Source: Deltaproteobacteria bacterium (lineage in GTDB: Bacteria > Myxococcota_A > Polyangia > Polyangiales > Houyiibacteriaceae). From it: a stretch of 64,000 bases of DNA. The notes beneath the pieces are model-generated. The model saw only the letters and a list, made by a program, of their open reading frames with translations, did not search any database and had not been told where the DNA came from. How positions within the stretch are numbered: the stretch's first letter is position 1; every line of letters begins with the position of its first letter. The position numbers and the translations under genes were made by a program. Below, piece after piece: positions 57,301-64,000 of the stretch. The stretch is taken from NCBI GenBank assembly GCA_034670305.1, contig JAXMNT010000012.1, positions 91,534 through 155,533 on the forward strand, written 5' to 3'.

Positions 57301-57470
57301 TCGACGTCCGGAAGACACTGCTCGCGGCCGTTGCAAAAGAGCCCGTCGTCGCACTCCGCGTGGGCGGTGCATTGGCTTCCGCCGTCGCCGCCCATCATCG
57401 GCATGTCGTCCCCACACGCGGCGGCGATTAGCACCACCAGCCCCCAAGCGCTCCACGTTCTGATGGCCAT
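54342..57470 (-). CDS. MopE-like repeat plus RCC1/BLIP-II repeat lipoprotein
   Basis: AAC lipobox; DCDD...PG..E.CDG.DNDCDG repeats; G..H.C....YCWG.N..GQLG repeats. Confidence 0.9.
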   Translation of the reverse strand: MAIRTWSAWGLVVLIAAACGDDMPMMGGDGGSQCTAHAECDDGLFCNGREQCLPDVEGADPSGCVASAPPCEEGMLCDEAAETCMVECGVAGGDADGDGAVVLGCGGADCDDTDPNRFPANAEVCDPDGHDEDCDPRTTGDVDRDGDGAFDAACCNLDPEGGTSFCGTDCNDMRRDARPGLPEVCDGFDNDCDGLVDEGVLVEGFRDEDADLHGDPGAPTASCPGLPRFSTVGDDCDDTNGARHGGQVEVCDEIDNDCDGITDESPASTTWYRDADADGFGSAESGTMVSCIPPAGHVLRLGDCNDEDARINPLADERCNGVDDDCDGRANFFIDGGPDTEDDDGDGVADMRCGGGDCDDADIDVRPGAPEQMDAVDNDCDGTIDEAPGTVPWWIDRDGDGYGTDDEPSIEAVARPAGRAGRAGDCNDLDASVHPGVPDGCDGIDADCDDVLDESAPRIAYYVDSDGDGWGVGTESVLACRPPPGTSDRPLDCDDADPMIFPGADERCNGADSDCDGTVDETSDRPWYEDTDGDGFGGALADLVGCAPPAGYVSNDTDCDDDDARSFPGGVETCDLSDEDCDGTLDEGTDAFCDALPGTGGVCMSGACVLTCDGGQGDCDDDVTNGCETSTATDPLNCGACFTECTAGDTCGATGVGCDDAPIVQLVAGAGFTYARRAGGHLAVWGAQQGSAGAHGAGTLVPELSPTLGVAPRLVDVSAGWAGGIGVTADGRAFAWGWNEDAQCGILGPVGVPAGNYISGLTNVVQAEMGTRHACAVVREDAGGTPVQRVYCWGRDARGQLGPDGPGGDSPNPVRIPDIDDAVRVHAGNDHTCILRSNPVDGSFVVCFGNQTEGELGDGFAGGSRDAPGRVPGLPADVIELMPGGGSRTCVRTASRRVYCWGTQTGSGSVSGDDPLPAVVAGIDDAVGGHISPMDPNGVVQGVACVIRHADGAREAWCWGVAPAEALGPGQGSSTVPIRVMDAGGSPIDNVLHIASGTNHVCALRDMGGTPEMWCWGGNSGGQAGQGTTSSVVAPAAIPDFP

Positions 57471-57610
57471 CTGGCGTCCCCCCGCAGCGAGTCTACCAGC
57501 CGCTCCGACCCATCCGAAGACCACCACAAGCGTGGAAGAACCTACGACCCGTGTTGGCTCGCCGGCCTGCGGTTCGCCGCCGTGCGTCGAAACTCAGAGA
57601 TCGCCGAAAC

Positions 57611-60600
57611 TCAGAGATCCCAGACGACGCTGGGGGTGTTGCGGCCCACCTCGGTGCCGTCGCCGAGCTGTCCGAAGTCGTTGGCGCCCCAGCAAAACAC
57701 GAAGCCATCGTCTTGCACCGCGCAGGCGAACCCAACGCCGGCCGAGAGGCTGATCACGCCATTTAGGCCTGGGACCGGTGTCGCGTGGAAACGAGCGACC
57801 GAAGCCCCGTCGCCGATCTCGCCATCGAGTCCGTCACCCCAGCAGTACACCGCGCCGGTGTCCGTTCGAGCGCACGCGAAGTGGTATCCGACCGCGAGCT
57901 CATCCACCGAGGCGAGCCGCGTGTCGTCTGACAGCACCACCCCGACCGGGTCGAGTGAGCTGTCGGTCGAACCGTGGCCCAGCCTTCCGAGCGCTCCTGC
58001 GCCCCAGCAGGAGACGAGGCCGCCATGCAGCGCGCAAGTGGAGCGCGCACCGGTGCCGATCGCCGTCGCGCCCGTGAGCATCTGCACCACGACTGGTGAG
58101 AGTCGGCGCGCGGTGGTCGTGCCGTCACCGGTTTGCCCCTCGTGGTTCGCGCCCCAGCAGTTGGCCGTACCGTCGGTGAGGACCGCGCAGCTGTGCAGGC
58201 CACCGGTGTCGATCGCAAGCGCTGGCGCGGTGAGCGGGTTGGTCGCGCGGGGCCGATTGCGCTGGGTACGCGTTCCATCGCCGATGGTGCCGTGGGAGTT
58301 CGTACCCCAGCACGCGACCGTGCCATCGTCGAGGCGCACACACGCGGTCGCGCCGCCGGACGAGAGTTCGACGGGTGTCGCCACGAACGCCGAGAAGTCG
58401 ACGGGGCCAGGGATCGGCCGGTCGGCGGAGCTGCCATCGCCGAGCTGTCCGCTCGTGTTGCTGCCCCAGCAGTGCACGCTGCCATCCTCGAGGCGCGCGC
58501 AGGTGCTGGCGAAGTTGGCGCGGATCTCGACCACGCCCGTGAGCGGCGCGCCGCCCGCGTTCCGAACGACGACGACGGGGCGGCGATCGCTCTCGGTCGT
58601 ACCGTCCCCGAGCTGGCCTCGGTCGTTGGTCCCCCAGCACCGGGCGGTGCCATCGCTCATGCGCGCGCACGCATGCGTCCTACCAGCACTGACGGACGTC
58701 GCCTTCACACTGAGCGCGGGCACGAGGCCAGGGACAGAGCGACGGTCGACCGTCGTGCCATCGCCGAGCTGTCGCCGGACGTTGCTTCCCCAACACCAGA
58801 CGCCCACCTCGTCGAGCGCGCAGGTATGGCCGTCGCCCGCGGACACAGCGCTCACGTAGCCAAGGCCTGGAACGGCCGTCGGGTCGCTCGCCATCGGCGG
58901 GGTGTCGCCCACCCCGAGCTGGCCACCACCGTTGTTGCCAAAACACGCAAGCGCGCCATCCGCGCTCACGCAGCTGTGGAACGCACCGAGCGCCATCGCC
59001 TCCACGCCGTCGATCCCCGGCACGGCGGTTGGAGACGCGACCTCGTCGCTGGCGTCTGGACCGAGCCCGAGCTGGCCGAAGGTGTGGTCTCCCCAACAGT
59101 GGAGCTGCCCGCCCGCGTCGGTCACGCAGGCGTGCCAAAACCCAACAACGACGTCGGTGGCCAGCACGGAACCCGCGACCTCGACCGGGTCTTCGGTGTC
59201 GCCCCACGCCCAGATCCGGCCCTCGGCCGAGAGCGCCGCCGCGCGAAGCGCTCCTGCCGCCACCTGGGTGAACTCTCCGGAGAGCAGAGGAGACACCGGA
59301 AGCACGCTCGAGACTCGGGTCCCGTCGCCGAGCTGGCGTTGTCGATTGCTCCCCCAGCACCGCACCGCGTTGTCCACGACCGCGCACCCGTGGCTGATCC
59401 CGAGCGCGAAGTTGTCCACGGGCGGCAACACCGTGGGCATGGCGAGCGACTCGTCAGGAGAGATGGTCCCCAGACCGAGCTGTCCATCGGCGTTGCCGCC
59501 GAAGCAGCGCAGTGTGCCATCCGCGAGCTGAGCGCAGGTGCCCGTGCCGCCGGCCACCATGTGCACGATGGGCTCGGCCAGGATCACCTGCGCCGGTGTG
59601 CTCCAAGCGCTGGTGCGGCCCAGGCCGAGTTCGCCGCGGATGTTGTTGCCCCAACAGTACGCGTTCCCGTTCGCCATCCACGTGCAGGTGTGCTGGCTGC
59701 CCGACGTCAGCCCCACGGGGACCGGTCCGCGCCCACAGGTGGCGTCCGGGTGGCAGTACGCGCCGTCGGGACAGCGCAGGCCGACCTCGCGGGTGGCGGG
59801 CTGACAGTCATCGTCCACGCCGTTGCAACGCTCGGGTGCGCCCGGCCGAACCAAAGGATCGTCGTCGTCGCAGTCGCCGTTCGGCCAGCCGCCTTCGCAG
59901 ACGTCCGCCGGTGCGAAGCCGTCTCCGTCGGCGTCTTCGTCGGTGGTCGCGCCGCCACCGGTGGAGCAGTCGCGGTCGATGCCGTCGCAGAGTTCGGGCG
60001 CGCCCAGGTACGCCCGCACGTCGGTGTCGTCGCAGTCGTCGCGCACGAATGCGTCGTCGGGCACCCCGGCCTCGCCACGTTGCGCGCAGGCGGCGCCAGT
60101 GGCTGCGTGCCCGTCTCCGTCCGCGTCCTCGTCGAAGGCGATCCGGGACGTGCGCTGCGAGCAGTCGTTGTCGATGCGGTCGCACCACTCGCGGTGCCCG
60201 GGGTGGGTGTCTGCCGCGTCGTCGTCGCAGTCGTCGCAGACCGTGACGAAGCCGTCCGGTCGCGCGCACTCGGCGATCGTCTCGACGAAGCGCGGGTCGC
60301 CGTGTCCGTCGCCGTCCGTATCCGGGCAAATGATCTGCTCGCGGTCGTCGATCACCCGGTTGCAATCCTGGTCGATGCCGTCGTCGCAGATCTCGGGCGC
60401 GCCCGCGTACGTGTTCGGGTCGTCGTCGTCGCAGTCGTCTTTGAGGAACTCGAAGCCGAGCGCCGCCGGTTCGCCGCGTCCGAGGCACGCCGCGGTGGGC
60501 GACGCGTGCCCGTCTCCGTCCGCGTCCTCGGAGGGGTCGAGGCCGCCCGCCATGTCGCCGGGCAAGGAGCAGTCGTTGTCTCGGCCGTCGCAGCGCTCGC

Positions 60601-61294
60601 GCGCCGGCACCGCGCCGCCGTAGGTCTCGCTTCGGGTGTCGTCGCAGTCGTCCGCGTTCGACACGTAGCCCGCCTGGCAGGCGCCCTCCATCGACTCGTT
60701 CGGATCGCCACGTCCGTCGTTGTCGAGGTCGAGGTAGAGCAGCCCGCCCTCGTCGGTGGCACCATCGCAATCGTTGTCGCGCCCGTCGCCGCAAACTTCC
60801 GGCACCGCGGGATGGGTGCCCGGGTCCGTGTCGTCGCAGTCCGTGCCGCAGCGCTCCCCATTGCAGCACGCCGCGTCCGGGTATCCGTCCGCGTCGCGGT
60901 CGCGCGCGCCGAACGTGGCGGGGTTGCAGTCCTCGTCGTGGCCGTCGGGATCGCAGAGCTCGGCGTTGCCGGGGAAGCGGTTCGGGTCCGCGTCGTCGCA
61001 GTCGGCTCCGCCGCACGCGATCGAGTCGTGCCCGTCCCCGTCGGCATCCGCGGTGCCGGTGCAGAGATCGATGCACGACTCGGGTTCTTCGTCGCAGCGG
61101 GTCCCCTCTGGACACGGCGGCGCGCCTGGCGCGCACAGACCCTCCACGCAGCGCTCGGGGCCGTTGCAAAAGAGGCCATCGTCGCACTCGGCGTGCTCGG
61201 CACAATCGACCCCGCCGTCGCCCGTGCCGGGCGGCATGTCGTCTCCGCACGCGAGCCCCAGCACCAACGCCACACCCCATCCCCACCGTCCCAT
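57611..61294 (-). CDS. MopE-like repeat plus extended RCC1 repeat lipoprotein
   Basis: LAC lipobox; same N-terminal module as 54342-57470; many CWG.N..GQLGDG repeats. Confidence 0.9.
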   Translation of the reverse strand: MGRWGWGVALVLGLACGDDMPPGTGDGGVDCAEHAECDDGLFCNGPERCVEGLCAPGAPPCPEGTRCDEEPESCIDLCTGTADADGDGHDSIACGGADCDDADPNRFPGNAELCDPDGHDEDCNPATFGARDRDADGYPDAACCNGERCGTDCDDTDPGTHPAVPEVCGDGRDNDCDGATDEGGLLYLDLDNDGRGDPNESMEGACQAGYVSNADDCDDTRSETYGGAVPARERCDGRDNDCSLPGDMAGGLDPSEDADGDGHASPTAACLGRGEPAALGFEFLKDDCDDDDPNTYAGAPEICDDGIDQDCNRVIDDREQIICPDTDGDGHGDPRFVETIAECARPDGFVTVCDDCDDDAADTHPGHREWCDRIDNDCSQRTSRIAFDEDADGDGHAATGAACAQRGEAGVPDDAFVRDDCDDTDVRAYLGAPELCDGIDRDCSTGGGATTDEDADGDGFAPADVCEGGWPNGDCDDDDPLVRPGAPERCNGVDDDCQPATREVGLRCPDGAYCHPDATCGRGPVPVGLTSGSQHTCTWMANGNAYCWGNNIRGELGLGRTSAWSTPAQVILAEPIVHMVAGGTGTCAQLADGTLRCFGGNADGQLGLGTISPDESLAMPTVLPPVDNFALGISHGCAVVDNAVRCWGSNRQRQLGDGTRVSSVLPVSPLLSGEFTQVAAGALRAAALSAEGRIWAWGDTEDPVEVAGSVLATDVVVGFWHACVTDAGGQLHCWGDHTFGQLGLGPDASDEVASPTAVPGIDGVEAMALGAFHSCVSADGALACFGNNGGGQLGVGDTPPMASDPTAVPGLGYVSAVSAGDGHTCALDEVGVWCWGSNVRRQLGDGTTVDRRSVPGLVPALSVKATSVSAGRTHACARMSDGTARCWGTNDRGQLGDGTTESDRRPVVVVRNAGGAPLTGVVEIRANFASTCARLEDGSVHCWGSNTSGQLGDGSSADRPIPGPVDFSAFVATPVELSSGGATACVRLDDGTVACWGTNSHGTIGDGTRTQRNRPRATNPLTAPALAIDTGGLHSCAVLTDGTANCWGANHEGQTGDGTTTARRLSPVVVQMLTGATAIGTGARSTCALHGGLVSCWGAGALGRLGHGSTDSSLDPVGVVLSDDTRLASVDELAVGYHFACARTDTGAVYCWGDGLDGEIGDGASVARFHATPVPGLNGVISLSAGVGFACAVQDDGFVFCWGANDFGQLGDGTEVGRNTPSVVWDL

Positions 61295-61526
61295 GCCGCG
61301 AGAATACCGGAGACGGTCTGGGTTGCGCGAGCCCCCCTCGCTTGAGGCCCTCCGCGTCCGAAGGTGACTCTCGAACCGTGCGGTGTCGGTTCGAGAGCAC
61401 TGGGTAGATGGTCGCCCGCCCAGGCGCGACATCGTTTGGGGGCGCGGAGGTCGTCGGCCACGCACGCGGGTCTTGTACCTGTTCGTGGACTGTTCAGTCC
61501 GCGCCACGTTTTGCACCCTACCCTCC

Positions 61527-63059
61527 ATGACCGATCTTCGACTCGCCGAGTTGCTCGCGTCGCTCGCCCACGCTGCGGATGCCTCCGCGGGCCAACCGCT
61601 CGGTTGTTCGCTCGGGGCCACGATCATGGCGGTTCGGATCGCGCGGGCAGTCGGCGTCGCGCCGGAAGCGCAACCCGCTGTCTTCTACACCGGACTGCTC
61701 CGGTTCACCGGCTGCAGCTCGACCGCCCCCGAGACCGCTGCGTTCGCGCTCGGCGACGATCTCACCGCGAACTACGCGCTGACGATGGCCGACCCAGCCG
61801 ACCCGGTCAGTGTCCGCGCCTCGCTCGAGGCACGCTTCGCGCCGGACGCCGATCCGGCGGAACGCGCGGCTGTCATCGACGCCGCGATCGAAGCGCTCCC
61901 GCACCTGGTCGCGGGGGGTGTGCTCCACTGTGACCAAGCCCGCGCGCTCGCCAAACGGCTGCCCTTGCCGCCTCTGGTCGACCGCTTGCTCCGCACGCTC
62001 GAGTCCCGATGGGACGAGCGCCACCCGGTACACCCGAGCGGTGTCGAGGTCCCCCTCGAATCGCGCATCGTCGAGTTCGTCGCGGTCGCTGAACTCTACC
62101 GGCGGGCCGGCGGGATGGCGGCGCTGCATGAGCTCGCCCGCGCACGCGCGGGGGGCCAGTTCGACCCAGAGATCTGCCAAGCGGCGATCGACCTCGGCCC
62201 GGCGCTGATCGACGGCCTCGACCCACCGCATGGACTGCTCGAGGTACTGCTCGACGAAGAACCCGGCGTCGCGAACGTCGTGACCGCGGAAGGGCGCGCC
62301 AAAGTCGCCGAGGTCATCGCCGACTTCACCGACAACAAGAGCGCGTGGCTCGTCGGACACTCGAGGCGGGTCGCGAAGCTCGCGCGTCTCGCGGGCCTCG
62401 AGCTCGGGGTCGGCGATGCGCAGACGCTCTACATCGCGGGTCTGGTGCACGACGTGGGGCGCTGCGCGGTTCCCAACGGCGTGTGGGACCAGCCGGGCGA
62501 ACTCTCGCGCACCCAGCGGCGCGCAGCCGAGAGCCACAGCCGACACACCGAAGACATGCTGGCCGTCTCACCCGCGTTCGACGACGTGCGACTTCTCGCC
62601 TCGTCCGCGCACGAGCGCGGAGACGGCAGCGGCTACCATCGACGCCAGCGCGGACACGAAGTCGCGCCTGCGCTCGTGGCCGCGGCCGATGTGTACTGCG
62701 GTTTGACCGACCGGCGTCCGTGGCGCGACGCGCTGACCGACAAGGACGCGGCCGGACACCTGCTCGGGCTGGCCGATCAGGGTGCCCTGTCACGCGAAGC
62801 GGTGCGCGGGGTGCTGCGCGCTGCCGGTCACGGCAAACGGCTCGCGGACCGGGCGTACCCCGATGGTCTGACGGCTCGGCAGGTGGAGGTGCTTCGTGAA
62901 CTCGCGCGCGGTCGGACCACCAAGGAGGTGGCCGCGACCTTGGATATGGCCACCAAGACCGCCGACAACCACATCCAAGCGATCTACGAGAAGATCGACG
63001 CGCAAACCCGAACCCACGCGGCCCTCTACGCCCTGGAGCACGGGCTCTTCGACGACTAG
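61527..63059 (+). CDS. Tandem HD/HD-GYP-like domain protein with C-terminal LuxR HTH
   Basis: LRLAELL..L, E.RWD, GHS.RVA, HDVG, HER.DGSGY, AAD.Y..L...RPWR, LT.RQ.EVL..LA.G.T.KE.A. Confidence 0.9.
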   Translation: MTDLRLAELLASLAHAADASAGQPLGCSLGATIMAVRIARAVGVAPEAQPAVFYTGLLRFTGCSSTAPETAAFALGDDLTANYALTMADPADPVSVRASLEARFAPDADPAERAAVIDAAIEALPHLVAGGVLHCDQARALAKRLPLPPLVDRLLRTLESRWDERHPVHPSGVEVPLESRIVEFVAVAELYRRAGGMAALHELARARAGGQFDPEICQAAIDLGPALIDGLDPPHGLLEVLLDEEPGVANVVTAEGRAKVAEVIADFTDNKSAWLVGHSRRVAKLARLAGLELGVGDAQTLYIAGLVHDVGRCAVPNGVWDQPGELSRTQRRAAESHSRHTEDMLAVSPAFDDVRLLASSAHERGDGSGYHRRQRGHEVAPALVAAADVYCGLTDRRPWRDALTDKDAAGHLLGLADQGALSREAVRGVLRAAGHGKRLADRAYPDGLTARQVEVLRELARGRTTKEVAATLDMATKTADNHIQAIYEKIDAQTRTHAALYALEHGLFDD

Positions 63060-63231
63060 CAGGTCGCTGAAAAGCGACCTGCTCCCTTGCCGTTGCCCTT
63101 GCCCGTGCCCTTGCCCGCGTCGTGGACGCCGTGTGTTTCGCGACGGCGAGGCCGCGAACCCGATGCCCAGCGATCTGACCGCCGATCCGCGGGCAAGGGC
63201 AACGGCAAGGGCAGGGGCAGGCTGCGAGAAC
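63056..63231. mobile_element. Element copy 3, internally deleted
   Basis: Left part matches the copy 2 end; right part matches the reverse complement of about 6705-6776. Confidence 0.88.
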
Positions 63232-63252
63232 CGCTGCCGAAGAGCCAGTGGC

Positions 63253-63651
63253 TCAATCCAAGACGGCGACGAGCTTCACCTCGATCACCAGTTCGGGCAT
63301 CACGAGCGCCGCCACCTGCACGCAGGTCTGGGCGACGTCCGGGCGTTCTTTGCCGTACGCCTCCGCGCGTGCGGTGAAGATCGGCTCGACGTTGGCCATG
63401 ACCTCTCCCGCGTCGGTGACGAACCAGGTCTCGTCGATGACGTCCTGCATGCCGGCGCCCATGGCCTCGAGCGTCTTGGCGATGTCGCCGTAGATGTTCT
63501 TCAGCTGGGCGATGAGGTCGCCCGGATCGCGGGGGGCGCCCGCGTCGTCCACGCTGACGTGGCCGGTGAGCGTGATCAGCGACCCCTTCTGCACGGCTGC
63601 TGGAAAGAGCTGAACGAACGGTCCGATGTTGGCGACTTTTTTCTGACTCAT
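63253..63651 (-). CDS. RidA/YjgF/UK114 family protein
   Basis: G.V..D, Q......I...L...GA...DV, R..........T.VQV.AL..PE..IEV. Confidence 0.88.
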   Translation of the reverse strand: MSQKKVANIGPFVQLFPAAVQKGSLITLTGHVSVDDAGAPRDPGDLIAQLKNIYGDIAKTLEAMGAGMQDVIDETWFVTDAGEVMANVEPIFTARAEAYGKERPDVAQTCVQVAALVMPELVIEVKLVAVLD

Positions 63652-63875
63652 GATGGGTCTCCCTGTTTCCGGCCGCCCCTCGCGGCCACAACCCAACCAT
63701 GCCTACAGCCCGCCGCCCGCTCCATAGGGTGAACACCCCAGAAACGGCTGGAACATGACCGACGCTGTGCCCGAGGATCCGGCCGACCCGAGTCGACCCG
63801 GCGCCGAACGCAGGTTCGCGGGCCGTGCGCTCGCCTCCGCACGCAGGACATCCGACAGCGTGTGCCCCAAGGAAC

Positions 63876-64000
63876 CTAGCAGGTCGCTGAAAAGCGACCT
63901 GCTCCCTTGCCGTTGCCCTTGCCCGTGCCCTTGCCCGCGTCGTGGACGCCGTGTGTTTCGCGACGGCGAGGCGCGAATCGGAGCGCGATGCCCAGCGGAC
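63876..64000. mobile_element. Element copy 4, cut by the window end
   Basis: ctagcaggtcgctgaaaagcgacctgctcccttgcc..., near-identical to copies 2 and 3. Confidence 0.88.

Noticed and set aside
1-64000. rRNA, tRNA, prophage or integrase genes
   Set aside because: None recognised by eye; a covariance-model scan would be needed to exclude small RNAs

Overview
A 64-kb, very GC-rich bacterial window. Gene content suggests Myxococcota, probably a Polyangiales/Sandaracinaceae-like lineage (inference from Hanks-type Ser/Thr kinases, a PEGA/TPR protein, MYXO-CTERM-like tails and many Cys/Asp-rich MopE-repeat, RCC1 and FG-GAP lipoproteins). I found about 50 CDSs and no rRNA, tRNA or CRISPR array. The most unusual item is a stand-alone 286-aa protein (209-1069) made only of the RNA polymerase beta-prime clamp. 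It keeps the zipper, lid, sigma/NusG-binding coiled coil and rudder, lacks the zinc ribbon and clamp-head hairpin, and has no catalytic portion, so it is a candidate RNAP-clamp mimic or sigma/NusG decoy. Other highlights: a yehL/M/P/Q-like MoxR-vWA-SWIM operon with a DUF4132 gene, divergent from a LOG-family gene; a photoactive-yellow-protein-like gene coupled to a diguanylate cyclase; four copies of a non-autonomous IS5/IS1182-like element, three sitting on TAG stop codons, with transposase and four-helix-bundle remnants; pervasive leaderless-type promoter architecture; and several gene remnants (LysR, FkbM, ADP-ribosylglycohydrolase). Family assignments come from motif recognition by eye, not database searches.
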